A stretch of 64,000 nt of DNA from Neoechinorhynchus agilis (GCA_051530055.1 CM121341.1:13246784-13310783); one strand, 5' to 3'. Counted from the first letter of the stretch, positions 1 to 15,663 are shown. Notes: a model not told the origin generated them from the sequence alone. Numbers and translations are program-made.

Positions 1-3000
1 CTATTGAACCTCGTCTTTAGTGCAAATTGCTAACGAATTCGTCCAAGAAAACCGATATACAACCAAATAGAGACACTGAATCGGAACCAATCTATAGGCA
101 CGCTCGTGGAATTTTGGTCGCGAACGATTTATCATTGGCGCTTTGAAAATAGCCAGTTTGTGCCGTTTTTCGCAAGCCAATTTTTTGCTAAAAACTATTA
201 AACCTCGACTTTAGTGCAAATCGCTTACGAATTCGTCCAAGAAAACCGATATACAACCAAATGGAGACACTGAATCGGAACCAATCTATTCGCACGCTCG
301 TGGAATTTTATTCGCGAACGATTTATCATTGGCAGCTTTGGAAATGGCGACTTTGTTGCCGTTTTTCGCAAGCCAATTTTTTGCTTAAAACTATTGAACC
401 TCGTCTTTAGTACAAATCGCAAACGAATTCGTCCAAGAAAACCGATATACAACCAAATTGAGACACTGAATCGGAACCAATCTAGAGGCACGCTCGTGCA
501 ATTTTGATCGCGAACGATTTATCATTGGCAGCTTTAAAAATGGCGACTTTGTTGCCGTTTTTCGCAAGCCAATTTTTTGCTTAAAACGATAGAACTTGGT
601 CTTTAGTGAAAATCGCTAACGAATTCGTCCAAGAAAACCGATATACAACCAAATAGAGACAGTGAATCGGAACCAATCTATTCGCACGCTCGTGGAATTT
701 TATTCGCGAACGATTTATCATTGGCAGCTTTGATAATGGCCAGTTTGTTGCGGTTTTTCGCAAGCCAATTTTTTGCTTAAAACTATTGAACCCCTTTTTG
801 CCGTTTTTCGCAAGCCAATTTTTTGGTTAAGACTATTGAACTTCGTCTTTAGTGCAAATCGCTAACGAATTCGACCAAGAAAAACGATATACAACCAAAT
901 AGAGACAGTGAATCGGAACCATTCTACAAACACGCTCGTGGAATTTTAGTCGCGAACGATTTATCATTAACAGCTTTGAAAATAGCCACTTTGTTGCCGT
1001 TTTTCGCAAGCCAATTTATTGCTTAAAACTATTGAACCTCGTCTTTAGTATAAATCGCAAACGAATTCGTCCAAGAAAACCGATATACAACCAAATAGAG
1101 ACACTGAATCGGAACCAATCTATAGGCACGCTCATGGAATTTTGATCGCGAACGATTTATCATTGGCAGCTTTTAAAATGGCGACTTTGTTGCCGTTTTT
1201 CGCAAGCCAATTTTTTTCTTAAAACGATTGAACTTCGTCTTTAGTGCAAATCGTTAACGAATTCGTCCAAGAAAACCGATATACAACCAAATTGAGACAC
1301 TGAATCGGAACCAATCTATAAGCAAGCTCGTGGAATTTTGGTCGCGAACGATTTATCATTGGCAGCTTTGAAAATGGCGACTTTGTTGCCGTTTTTCGCA
1401 AGAAAATTTTTTGCTTAAAACTATTGAACTTCGTCTTTAGTGCAAATCGTTAACGAATTCGTCCAAGAAAACCGATATACAACCAAATAGAGACACTGAA
1501 TCGGAACCAATCTATAGGCACGCTCGTGGAATTTTGGTCGCGAACGATTTATCATTGGCAGCTTTGAAAATGGCCAGTTTGTTGCCGTTTTTCGCAAGCC
1601 AATTTTTTGCTTAAAACTATTGAACCTCGTCTTTAGTGCAAATCGCTAACGAATTCGTCCAAGAAAACCGATATACAACCAAATAGAGACACTGAATCGG
1701 AACCAATCTATAGGCACGCTCGTGGAATTTTGGTCGCGAATGATTTATCATTGGCAGCTTTGAAAATGGCGACTTTGTTGCCGCTTTTCGCAAGCAAATT
1801 TTTTCTTAAAATTATTGAACCTCGTCTTTAGTGCAAATCGCTTACGAATTCGTCCAAGAAAACCGATATACAACCAAATAGAGACACTTAATCGGAACCA
1901 ATCTATAGGCACGCTCGTGGAATTTTAGTCGCGAACGATTTATCATTGGCAGCTTTGAAAATAGCCACTTTGTTGCCGTTTTTCGCAAGCCAATTTTTTG
2001 CTTAAAACGATAGAACTTGGTCTTTAGTGAAAATCGCTAACGAATTCGTTCAAGAAAACCGATATACAACCAAATAGAGACAGTGAATCGGAACCAATCT
2101 ATTCGCACGCTCGTGGAATTTTATTCGCGAACGATTTATCATTGGCAGCTTTGATAATGGCCAGTTTGTTTCGGTTTTTCGCAAGCCAATTTTTTGCTTA
2201 AAACTATTGAACCCCTTCTTGCCGTTTTTCGCAAGCCAATTTTTTGGTTAAGACTATTGAACTTCGTCTTTAGTGCAAATCGCTAACGAATTCGTCCAAG
2301 AAAACCGATATACAACCAAATGGAGACAGTGAATCGGAACCATTCTATAAACACGCTCGTGGAATTTTAGTCGCGAACGATTTATCATTAACAGCTTTGA
2401 AAATAGCCACTTTGTTGCCGTTTTTCGCAAGCCAATTTTTTGCTTAAAACTATTGAACCTCGTCTTTAGTATAAATCGCAAACGAATTCGTCCAAGAAAA
2501 CCGATATACAACCAAATAGAGACACTGAATCGGAACCAATCTATAGGCACGCTCATGGAATTTTGATCGCGAATGATTTATCATTGGCAGCTTGGAAAAT
2601 GGCGACTTTGTTGCCGTTTTTGGCAAGGCAATTTTTTGCCTAAAACTATTGAACCTCGTCTTTAGTGCAAATCGCTAACGAATTCGTCCAAGAAAACCGA
2701 TATACAACCAAATAGAGACACCTAATCGGAACCAATCTATGGGCACGCTCGTGGAATTTTTGTCGCGAACGATTCATCATTGGGAGCTTTGAAAATGGCA
2801 AATATGTTGCCGTTTTTTGCAAGCAAATTTTTTGCTTAAAACTATTGAACATCGTCTTTAGTGCAAATCGCTAACGAATTCGTCCACTAAAACCGATATA
2901 CAACCAAGTAGAGACACTTAATCGGAACCAATCTATAATCACGCTATTGGAATTTTGATCGCGAACGATTTATCATTGGAAGCTTTTAAAATGGCTACTT

Positions 3001-6000
3001 TGTTGCCGTTTTTCGCAAGAAATTTTTGCTTAAAACTATTGAACTTCGTCTTTAGCGCAAATGGCTAACGAATTCGTCCAAGAAAACCGATATACAACTA
3101 AATAGAGACACTTAATCGGAACCAATCTATAGGCACGCTCGTGGAATTTTGGTCGCGAATGATTTATCATTGGCAGCTTTGAAAATGGCCAGTTTGATGC
3201 CGTTTTTCGCAAGCCAATTTTTCTCTTAAAACTATTGAACCTCGTCTTTAGTGAAAATCGTTAACGAATTCGTCCAAGAAAACCGATATAAAACTAAATA
3301 GAGACACTGAATCGGAACCAATCTATAGGCACGCTCATGGAATTTTGATCGCGAACGATTTATCATTGGCAGCTTGGAAAATGGCGACTTTGTTGCCGTT
3401 TTTCGCAAGCTATTTTTTTTCTTAAAACTATTGAACTTCGTCTTTAGTGTGAATCGCTAACGAATTCGTCCAAGAAAACCGATGTATAACCGAATAGAGA
3501 CACTAAATCGGAACCAATCTATAGGCACGCTCGTGGAATTTTGGTCGCGAACGATTTATCAATGGCAGCTTTGGAAATGGCCAGTATGTTGCCGTTTTTC
3601 GCAAGCTAATTTTTATAGTAAAACTATTGAACCTCGTCTTTAGTGCAAATCGCTAACGAATTCGTCCAAGAAAACCGATATGCAACCGAATAGAGACAGT
3701 TAATCGGAACCAATCTATAGGCACGCTCGTGGAATTTTAGTCGCGAACGATTTATAATTGGCAGCTTTGAAAATAGCCAGTTTGTTGCCGTTTTTCGCAA
3801 GCCAATTTTTATCTTAAAACTATTGAACCTCGTCTTTAGTGCAAATCGCTAACGAATTCGTCCAAGAAAACCGATATACAACCAAATAGAGACACTTAAT
3901 CGGAACCAATCTATAGGCACGCTCGTGGAATTTTGGTCGCGAACGATTTATCATTGGCAGCTTTGAAAATGGCGACTTTGTTGCCGTTTTTCGCAAGCAA
4001 ATTTTTGCTTAAAACTATTGAACCTCGTCTTCAGTACAAATCGCAAACGAATTCGTCCAAGAAAACCGATATACAACAAAATAGAGACACTGAATCGGAA
4101 CCAATCTATAGGCACGCTCATGGAATTTTGATCGCGAACGATTTATCATTGGCAGCTTATAAAATGGCGACTTTGTTACCGTTTTTCGCAAGCCAATTTT
4201 TTGCTTAAAACGATTGAACTTCGTCTTTAGTGCAAATCGCAAACGAATTCGTCCAAGAAAACCGATATACAACCAAATTGAGACACTGAATCGTAACCAA
4301 TCTATAGGCACGCTCGTGGAATTTTGGTCGCGAACGATTTATCATTGGCAGCTTTTAAAATGGCGACTTTGTTGCCGTTTTTTGGCAAGCCAATTTATTG
4401 CTTAAAACGATTGAACTTCGTCTTTAGTGCAAATCGCTAACGAATTCGTCAAAGAAACCCGATATACAACCAAATAGAGACACTGAATCGGAACCAATCT
4501 ATAGGCATGCTCGTGGAATTTTCATCGCGAACGATTTATCATTGGCAGCTTTGAAAATGGCGACTTTGTTGCCGTTTTTCGCAAGCAAATATTTTACTAA
4601 AAACGATTGAGCTTCGTCTTTAGTGCAAATCGCTAACGAATTCGTCCAAGAAAACCGATATACAACCAAATAGAGACACTGAATCGGAACCAATCTAAAG
4701 GCACGCTCGTGTAATTTTAGACGCGAACGATTTATCATTGGCAGCTTTGAAAATAGCCAGTTTGTTGCCGTTTTTCGCAAGCCAATTTTTTGCTTAAAAC
4801 TATTGAACCTCGTCTTTAGTAAAAATCGCTAACGAATTCGTCCAAGAAAACCGATATACAACCAAATAGAGACACTGAATCGGAACCAATCTATAGGCAC
4901 GCTCGTGGAATTTTAGTCGCGAACGATTTATCATTTGCAGCTTTGAAAATAGCCAGTTTGTTGCCGTTTTTCGCAAGCCAATTTTTTGCTTAAAACTATT
5001 GAACCTCGTCTTTAGTGCAAATCGCTAACGAATTCGTCCAAGAAAACCGATATACAACCAAATAGAGACACTGAATCGGAACCAATCTATAAGCACGCTC
5101 ATGGAATTTTGATCGCGAACGATTTATCATTGGCAGCTTTGAAAATGGCGACTTTGTTGCCGTTTTTGGCAAGCCAATTTTTTGCCTAAAACGATTGAAC
5201 TTCGTCTTTTGTGCAAATCGCAAACGAATTCGTCCAAGAAAACCGATATACAACCAAATTGAGACACTGAATCGTAACCAATCTATAGGCACGCTCGTGG
5301 AATTTTGGTCGCGAACGATTTATCATTGGCAGCTTTGAAAATGGCGACTTTGTTGCCGTTTTTTGGCAAGCCAATTTATTGCTTAAAACGATTGAACTTC
5401 GTCTTTAGTGCAAATCGCTAACGAATTCGTCAAAGAAACCCGATATACAACCAAATAGAGACACTGAATCGGAACCAATCTATAGGCATGCTCGTGGAAT
5501 TTTCATCGCGAACGATTTATCATTGGCAGCGTTGAAAATGGCGACTTTGTTGCCGTTTTTCGCAAGCAAATATTTTACTTAAAATGATTGAGCTTCGTCT
5601 TTAGTGCAAATCGCTAACGAATTCGCCCAAGAAAACCGATATACAACCAAATAGAGACACTGAATCGGAACCAATCTAAAGGCACGCTCGTGGAATTTTA
5701 GACGCGAACGATTTATCATTGGCAGCTTTGAAAATAGCCAGTTTGTTGCCGTTTTTCGCAAGCCAATTTTTTTGCTTAAAACTATTGAACCTCGTCTTCA
5801 GTACAAATCGCAAACGAATTCGTCCAAGAAAACCGATATAAAACAAAATAGAGACACTTAATCGGAACAAATCTATAGGCACGCTAATGGAATCTTGATC
5901 GCGAACGATTTATCACTGGCCGCTTTTAAAATGGCGACTTTGTTGCCGTTTATCGCAAGGCAATTTTTTGCCTAAAACTATTGAACCTTGTCTTTAGTGC

Positions 6001-9000
6001 AAATCGTTAACGAATTCGTCCAAGAAAACCGATATACAACCAAATAGAGACTGTGAATCGGAACCAATCTATAGGAATGCTCATGGAATTTTGATCGCGA
6101 ACGATTTATCATTGGCAGCTTTGAAAATGGCGACTTTGTTGCCGTTTTTCGCAAGCCAATTTTTTGCTTAAAACGATTGAACTTCGTCTTTAGTGCAAAT
6201 CGCTAACGAATTCGTCCAAGAAAACCGATATACAACCAAATTGAGACACTGAATCGAAACCAATCTATAGGCACGCTCGTGGAATTTTAGACGCGAACGA
6301 TGTATCATTGGCAGCTTTGAAAATAGCCAGTTTGTTGCCGTTTTTCGCAAGCCAATTTTTTGCTTAAAACTATTGAACCTCGTCTTTAGTGCAAATCGCT
6401 AACGAATTCGTCCAAGAAAACCGATATACAACCAAATAGAGACACTGAATCGGAACCAATCTATAGGCACGCTCATGGAATTTTGATCGCGAACGATTTA
6501 TCATTGGCAGCTTTGAAAATGGCGACTTTGTTGCCGTTTTTCGCAAGCCAATTTTTTGCTTAAAACGATTGAACTTCGTCTTTAGTGCAAATCGCTAACG
6601 AATTCGTCCAAGAAAACCGATATACAACCAAATAGAGACACTGAATCGGAACCAATCTATAGGCACGCTCGTGGAATTTTGGTGGCCAACGATTTATCAT
6701 TGGCAGCTTTGAAAATGGCCAGTTTGTTGCCGTTTTTCGCAAGCCAATTTTTTGCTTAAAACTATTGAACCTCGTCTTTAGTGCAAATCGCTAACGAATT
6801 CGTCCAAGAAAACCGATATACAACCAAATAGAGACACTGAATCGGAACCAATCTATAGGCACGCTCATGGAATTTTGATCGCGAACGATTTATCATTGGC
6901 AGCTTTGAAAATGGCGACTTTGTTGCCGTTTTTCGCAAGCCAATTTTTTGCTTAAAACGATTGAACTTCGTCTTTAGTGCAAATCGCTAACGAATTCGTC
7001 CAAGAAAACCGATATACAACCAAATAGAGACACTTAATCGGAACCAATCTATAGGCACGCTCGTGCAATTTTGATCGCGAACGATTTATCATTGGCAGCT
7101 TTAAAAATGGCGACTTTGTTGCCGTTTTTCGCAAGCAAATTTTTTTCTTAAAACGATTGAACTTGGTCTTTAGTGAAAATCGCTAACGAATTCGTCCAAG
7201 AAAACCGATATGCAACCAAATAGAGACACTGAATCGGAACCAATCTATAGGCACGCTCGTGGAATTTTGGTCGCGAACGATTTATCATTGGCAGCTTTGA
7301 AAATGGCCAGTTTGTTGCCGTTTTTCGCAAGCCAATTTTTTGCTTAAAACTATTGAACCTCGTCTTTAGTGCAAGTCGCTAACGAATTCGTCCAAGAAAA
7401 CCGATATACAACCAAATAGAGACACTGAATCGGAACCAATCTATAGGCACGCTCGTGGAATTTTGGTCCCGAACGATTTATCATTGGCAGCTTTGAAAAT
7501 GGCCAGTTTGTTGCCGTTTTTCGCAAGCCAATTTTTTGCTTAAAATTATTGAACCTCGTCTTTAGTGCAAATCGCTAACGAATTCGTCCAAGAAAACCGA
7601 TATACAACAAAATCGAGACAGTGAATCGGAACCCATCTATAGGCACGCTCGTGGAATTTTGGTTGCGAACGATTTATCATTGACAGCTTTGAAAATAGCC
7701 AGTTTGTTGCCGTTTTTCGCAAGCAAATTTTTTGCTCAAAACGATTGAACCTCGTCTTTAGTGCAAATTGTTAATGAATTCGTCAAAGAAAACCGATATA
7801 CAACCAAATAGAAACACTGAATCGGAACCAATCTATGGGCACGCTCATGCAATTTTGGTCGCGAATGATTTATCATTGGCAGCTTTTAAAATGGCCAGTT
7901 TGTTGCCGTTTTTTGCAAGCCAATTTTTTGCTTAAAAGTATTGAACATCGTCTTTAGTGCAAATCGCTAACGAATTCGTCCACTAAAACCGATATACAAC
8001 AAAATAGAGACTGTGAATCGGAACCAATCTATAGGCACGCTCGTGGAATTTTGATCGCGAACGATTTATCATTGGCAGCTTTGAAAATGGCCAGTTTGTT
8101 GCCCTTTTTCGCAAGCCAATTTTTTGCTTAAAACTATTGAACCTCGTCTTTAGTGCAAATCGCTAACGAATTCGTCCAAGAAAACCGATATACAACCAAA
8201 TAGAGACACTGAATCGGAACCAATCTATAGGTACGCTCGTGGAATTTTGGTCGCGAATTATTTATCATTGGCAGCTTTGAAAATGGCCAGTTTGTTGCCG
8301 TTTTTCGCAAGCCAATTTTTTGCTTAAAACTATTGAACCTCGTCTTTAGTGCAAATCGTTAACGAATTCGTCCAAGAAAACCGATATAAATAGAGACACT
8401 GAATCGGAACCAATCTATAGGCACGCTCATGGAATTTTGATCGCGAACGATTTATCATTGGCAGCTTGGAAAATGGCGACTTTGTTGCCGTTTTTCGCAA
8501 GCAAATTTTTTGCTTAAAACTATTGAACTTCGTCTTTAGTGCAAATGGCTAACGAATTCGTCCAAGAAAACCGATGTACAACCGAATAGAGACACTAAAT
8601 CGGAACCAATCTATAGGCACGCTCGTGGAATTTTGGTCGCGAACGATTTATCATTGGCAGCTTTTAAAATGGCGACTTTGTTGCCGTTTTTCCCAAGAAA
8701 ATTTTTTGCTTAAAACTATTGAACTTCGTCTTTAGCGCAAATGGCTAACGAATTCGTCCAAGAAAACCGATATACAGCCAAATAGAGACCCTTAATCGGA
8801 ACCAATCTATAGGCACGCTCGTGGAATTTTGGTCGCGAATGATTTATCATTGGCAGCTTTGAAAATGGACAGTTTGATGCCGTTTTTCGCAAGCCAATTT
8901 TTTGCTTAAAACTATTGAACCTCGTCTTTAGTGCAAATCGTTAACGAATTCGTCCAAGAAAACCGATATAAAACTAAATAGAGACACTGAATCGGAACCA

Positions 9001-12000
9001 ATCTATAGGCACGCTCATGGAATTTTGATCGCGAACGATTTATCATTGGCAGCTTGGAAAATGGCGACTTTGTTGCCGTTTTTCGCAAGCTAATTTTTTC
9101 TTAAAACTATTGAACTTCGTCTTTAGTGCAAATCGCTAACGAATTCGTCCAAGAAAACCGATGTACAACCGAATAGAGACACTAAATCGGAACCAATCTA
9201 TAGGCACGCTCGTGGAATTTTGGTCGCGAACGATTTATCAATGGCAGCTTTGGAAATGGCCAGTATGTTGCCGTTTTTCGCAAGCTAATTTTTATAGTAA
9301 AACTATTGAACCTCGTCTTTAGTGCAAATCGCTAACGAATTCGTCCAAGAAAACCGATATGCAACCGAATAGAGACAGTTAATCGGAACCAATCTATAGG
9401 CACGGTCGTGGAATTTTGGTCGCGAACGATTTATCATTTGCAGCTTTGAAAATAGCCAGTTTGTGCCGTTTTTCGCAAGCCAATTTTTTGCTTAAAACTA
9501 TTGAACATCGTCTTTAGTGCAAATCGCTAACGAATTCGTCCAAGAAAACCGATATACAACCAAATAGAGACACTGAATCGGAACCAATCTATAGGCACGC
9601 TCGTGGAATTTTGGTCGCGAACGATTTATCATTGGCAGCTTTGAAAATAGCCAGTTTGTTGCCGTTTTTCGCAAGCCAATTTTTTGCTAAAAACGATTGA
9701 ACCTCGTCTTACTGTTTTTCGCAAGCCAATTTTTTGCTTAAAACTATTGAACCTCGTCTTTAGTGCAAATCGCTAACTAATTCGTCCAAGAAAACCGATA
9801 TACAACCAAATAGAGACACTGAATCGGAACCAATCTATAGGCACGCCCGTGGAATTTTGGTCGCGAATGATTTATCATTGGCAGCTTTGAAAATGGCGAC
9901 TTTGTTGCCGTTTTTCGCAAGCAAATTTTTACTTAAAACTATTGAACCTCGTCTTAAGTGCAAATCGCTTACGAATTCGTCCAAGAAAACCGATATACAA
10001 CCAAGTAGAGACACTTAATCGGAACCAATCTATAATCACGCTATTGGAATTTTGATCGCGAACGATTTATCATTGGCAGCTTTGAAAATGGCGACTTTGT
10101 TGCCGTTTTTCGCAAGAAAATTTTTTGCTTAAAACTGTTGAACTTCGTCTTTAGCGCAAATGGCTAACGAATTCGTCCAAGAAAACCGATATACAACCAA
10201 ATAGAGACACTTAATCGGAACCAATCTATAGGCACGCTCGTGGAATTTTGGTCGCGAATGATTTATCATTGGCAGCTTCGAAAATGGCTAGTTGTTGCCG
10301 TTTTTCGCATGCCAATTTTTTGCTCAAAACTATTGAACGTCGTCTTGCCGTTTTTCGCAAGCCAATTTTTTGCTTAAAACTATTGAACCTCGTCTTTAGT
10401 GCAAATCACTAACGAATTCGTCCAAGAAAACCGATATACAACAAAATAGGGACACTGAATCGGAACCAATCTATATACACGCTCGTGGAATTTTGGTCGC
10501 GAATGATTTATCATTGGCAGCTTTTAAAATGGCCAGTTTGTTGCCGTTTTTCGAAAGCGAATGATTTATGATTGGCAGCTTCGAAAATGGCCAGTTTGTT
10601 GCCGTTTTTCGCATGCCAATTTTTTGCTTAAAACTATTGAACCTCGTCTTTAGTGCAAATCGCTAACGAATTCGTCCAAGAAAGCCGATATACGACCAAA
10701 TAGATACACTGAATCGGAACAAATCTATAGGCACGCTCGTGCAATTTTGTTCGCGAATGATTTATCATTGGCAGCTTTTAAAATGGCCAGTTTGTTGCCG
10801 TTTTTCGCAAGCCAATTTTTTTCTTAAAACTATTGAACCTCGTCTTTAGTGCAAATCGTTAACGAATTCGCCCAAGAAAACCGATATAAAACTAAATAGA
10901 GACACTGAATCGGAACCAATCTATAGACACGCTCGTGGAATTTTGGTCGCGAATGATTTATCATTGGCAGCTTTGAAAATGGCCAGTTTGTTCCCGTTTT
11001 TCGCAAGCCAATTTTTTGCTTAAAACTATTGAACCTCGTATTTAGTGCAAATCGCTAACGAATTTGTCCAAGAAAACCGATGTACAAGCAAATAGAGGAA
11101 CTGAATCGGAACCAATCTGTTTGCACCCTCGTGGAATTTTTGTCGCGAACGATTTATCATTGGCAGCTTTGAAAATAGCCAATTTGTTGTTGTTTTTTGC
11201 AAGCAAATTTTTTGCTTAAAACTATTGAACCTCGTATTTAGTGCAAATCGCTTACGAATTCGTCCAAGAAAAAAGATATACAGCCAAATAGAGACACTGA
11301 ATCGGAACCAATCTATAGGCACGCTCGTTGAATTTTGGTCGCCAACGATTTATCATTGGCAGCTTTGTTAATGGCGACTATGTTGCCGTTTTTCGCAAAC
11401 AAATTTTTTTCTCAAAACTATTGAACCTCGTCATTAGTGCAATTCGCTAACGAATTCGTCCAAGCAAATCGATATACAACCAAATAGAGACGCTGAATCG
11501 GAACCAATCTTTAGGCACGCTCGTGGAATTTTGGTCGCGAACGATTTATCATTGGCAGCCTTGAAAATGGCGACTTTGTTGCCGTTTTTCGCATCCCAAT
11601 TTTTTGCTGAAAACTATTGAATCTCGACTTTAGTGCAAATCGCCAACTAATTCGTCCAAGAAAACCGATATACGACCAAATGGAGACACTGAATCGGAAC
11701 CAATCTATAGGTACGCTCGTGGAACTTTGATCGCGAACGATTTATCATAGGCAGCTTTGAAAATGGCGACTTTGTTGCCGTTTCTCGCAAGCCAATTTTT
11801 TGCTTAAAACTATTGAACCTCGTATTTAGTGCAAATCGCTAACGAATTCGTCCAAGAAAACCGATGTACAAGCAAATAGAGGCACTGAATCGGAACCAAT
11901 CTGTTTGCACGCTCGTGGAATTTTTGTCGCGAACGATTTATCATTGGCAGCTTTGAAAATGGCCAGTTTTTTGCCGTTTTTCGCAAGCCAATTTTTTGCT

Positions 12001-15000
12001 TAAAACTTTTGAACCTCGTCTTTAGTGCAAATCGCTAACGAATTCGTCCAAGAAAACCGATATACAGAAAAATGGAGAGAGTGAATCGGAACCAGTCTAT
12101 AGGTACGCTCGTGGAATTTTGATCGCGAACGATTTATCATTGGCAGCTTTTAAAATGGCGACTTTGTTGCCGTTTTTCCCAAGCCATTTTTTTTCTTAAA
12201 ACTATTGAACCTCGTCTTTAGTGCAAATCGCTAACGAATTCGTCCAAGAAAACCGATATACAACCAAATAGAGACACTGAATCGGAACCAATCTATTGGC
12301 ACGCTTTTCGCAAGCCAATTTTTTGCTTAAAACCATTGAACCTCGTCTTTAGTTCAAATCGCTTACGAATTCGTCCAAGAAAACCGATGTACAAGCAAAT
12401 AGAGACACCGAATCGGAACCAATCTATAGGCACGCTCATGGAACTTTGGTCGCGAACGATTTATAATTAGCAGCTTTGAAAATGGCGACTTTGTTGCCGT
12501 TTTTCGCAAGCCAATTTTTTGCTTAAGACTATTAAACATCGTCAATAGTGCAAATCGCTAACGAATTCGTCCAAGAAAAGCGATATACAACCAAATAGAG
12601 ACACTGAGTCGGAACCGATCTATTGGCACGCTCTTGGAATTTTGATCGCGAAGTATTTATCATTGGCAGCTTTGAAAATAGCCAGTTTGTTGCCGTTTTT
12701 CGCAAGCCAATTTTTTGCTTAAAACTATTTAACCTCGTCTTAAGTGCAAATCGTTAACGAATTCGTCCAAGAAAACCGATATAAAACTAAATAGAGACAC
12801 TGAATCGGAACCAATCTGTATTCACGATCGTGGAATTATGGTCGCGAACGATTTATCATTGGCAGCTTTGAAAATAGCCAGTTTGTTGCCGTTTTTCGCA
12901 AGCCATTTTTTTGCTTAAAACTATTGAACCTCGTCTTTAGTTCAAATCGCTAACGAATTCGTCCAAGAAAACCGATATACAACAAAATAGAGACACTGAA
13001 TCGGAACCAATCTATAGGCACGCTCGTGGAATTTTGGTCGCGAACGATTTATCATTGGCAGCTTTAAAAATGGCGACTTTGTTGCCGTTTTTCGCAAGCC
13101 AATTTTTTGCTTAAAACTATTAAACCTCGACTTCATTGCAAATCGCTAACGAATTCGTCCAAGAAAACCGATATACAAATAAATAGAGGCAGTGAATCGG
13201 AACCAATCCATAGGCACGCTCGTGGAATTTTGATCGCGAACGATTTATCGTTGGCAGCTTTGAAAATGGCGACTTTGTTGCCGTTTTTCGCAAGCCAATT
13301 TTTTGCTTAAAATTATTAAACCTCGTCAATAGTGCAAATCGCTAACCAATTCGTCCAAGAAAAGCGATATACAACATAATAGAGACAGCGAATCGGAACC
13401 AGTCTATAGGCACGCTCGTGGAATTTTGATCGCGAATGATTTATCATTGGCAGCTTTGAAAATGGCGACTTTGTTGCCGTTTTTCGCAAGCCAGTTTTTT
13501 TGCTTAAAACTATTGAACCTCGACTTCATTGCAAATCGCTAACGAATTCGTCCAAGAAAACCGATATACAAATAAATAGAGGCAGTGAATCGGAACCAAT
13601 CCATAGGCACGCTCGTGGAATTTTGATCGCGAACGATTTATCGTTGGCAGCTTTTAAAATAGCGACTTTGTTGCCGTTTTTCGCAAGCCATTTTTTTGCT
13701 TAAAACTATTGAACCTCGTCTTTAGTGCAAATCGCTAACAAATTCGTCCAAGAAAACCGATATACAGCAAAATAGAGACACTGAATCGGAACCAATATAT
13801 AGGTACGCTCGTGGAATTTTGATCGCGAACGATTTGTCATTGGCAGCTTTGAAAATGGCGACTTTGTTGCCGTTTTTCGAAGCCAATTTTTTGCTTAAAA
13901 CTATTTAACCTCGTCTTTAGTGCAAATCGCTAACGAATTCGTCCAAGATAACCGATATACAACCAAATAGAGATACTGAATCGGAACCAATCTATAGGCA
14001 CGCTCGTGGTTTTTTGGTCGCGAACGATTTATCATGGGCAGCTTTGAAAATGGCCAGTTTGTTGCCGTTTTTCGCAAGCCAATTTTACTTAAAACTATTA
14101 AACCTCGACTTTAGTGCAAATCGCTAACGAATTCGTCCAAGAAAACCGTTATACAACCAAATAGGGACAGTGAATCGGAACCAATCTATAGGCACGCTCG
14201 TGGAATTTTGGTCGCGAATGATTTATCATTGGCAGCTTTTAAAATCGCGACTTTGTTGATGTTTTTCGCAAGCCAATATTTTGCTTAAAACTATTGAACC
14301 TCGTCTTTAGTGCAAATCGCTAACGAATTCATCGAAGAAAACCGATATACAACCAAATGGAGACACTGAATCGGAACCATTCTATAGGCACGCTCGTGGA
14401 ATTTTGGTCGCGAACGATTTGCCATTTGCAGCTTTGAAAATGGCGACTTTGTTGCCGTCTTTCGCAAGCCAATTTTTTGCTTAAAACTATTGAACCTCGT
14501 CTTTAGTGCAAATCGCTAACGAATTCATCAAAGAAAACCGATATACAACCAAATGGAGACACTTAATCGGAACCATTCTATAGGCACGCTCGTGGAATTT
14601 TGGTCGCGAACGATTTGTCATTTGCAGCTTTGAAAATGGCGACTTTTTTGCCGTTTTTCGCAAACCAATTTTTTTCTTAAAACTATTGAACCTCTTCTAG
14701 CCGTTTTTCGCAAGCCAATTTTTTGCTTCAAACTATTGAACATCGTCTTTAGAGACAATCGCTAAAGAATTCGTCCAAGAAAACCGATATACAACCAAAT
14801 AGAGACACTGAATCGGAACCAATCTATAGGCACGCTCGTGGAATTTTGGTCGCCAACGATTTATCATTGGCATCTTTGTAAATGGCGACTTTGTTGCAGT
14901 TTTTCGCAAGCAAGTTTTTTTCTCAAAACTATTAAACCTCGTCATTAGTGCAATTCGCTAACGAATTCGTCCAAGCAAATCGATATACAACCAAATAGAG

Positions 15001-15663
15001 ACACTGAATCGGAACCAATCTATAGGCACGCTCATGGAATTTTGGTCGCGAACGATTTATCATTGGCAGCTTTGAAAATGGCGACTTTGTTGCCGTTTTT
15101 CGCAAGCCAATTTTTTTTCTTAATACTAATGAACCCCGTCTGTAGTGCAAATCGCTAACGAATTCGTCCAAGAAAACCGATATACAACCAAATAGAGACA
15201 CTGAATCGGAACCAATCTATAGACACGCTCGTGGAATTTTAGTCGCGAACGATTTATTATTGGCAGCTTTAAAAATGGCCAGTTTGTTGCCGTTTTTCGC
15301 AAGCCAATTTTTTGCTTAAAACTATTGAACCTCGACTTTAGTGCAAATCGCTAACGAATTCGTCCAAGAAAGCCGATATACAATTAAATGGAGACGCTGA
15401 ATCGGAACCAATCTATAGGTATGCTCGTGGAATGTTGATCGCGAACGATTTATCATTGGCAGCTTTTAAAATGGCGACTTTGTTGCTGTTTTTCGCAAGC
15501 AAATTTTTTGCTTAAAACTATTGAACCTCGTCTTTAGTGCAAATCGCTAACGAATTCGTCCAAGAAAACCGATATACAACTAAAGGGAGACACTGAATCG
15601 GAACCCATCTATAGGCACGCTCGTGGAATTTTGGTCGCGAACGATTTGTCATTGGCAGCTTTG
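1..15663. repeat. 196-bp tandem satellite, about 80 copies, continuing off the left edge
   Basis: Unit CTATTGAACCTCGTCTTTAGTGCAAATCGCTAACGAATTCG...GCAAGCCAATTTTTTGCTTAAAA; spurious ORFs recur at 196/392-nt spacing (6168, 6560, 6952, 7148). Ends abruptly at ...GGCAGCTTTG (15663). Confidence 0.99.

Noticed and set aside
1-15663. Hammerhead or CRISPR interpretation of the 196-bp satellite
   Set aside because: No CUGAnGA plus GAAA with stems found on either strand; no unique spacers, no cas genes, eukaryotic context.
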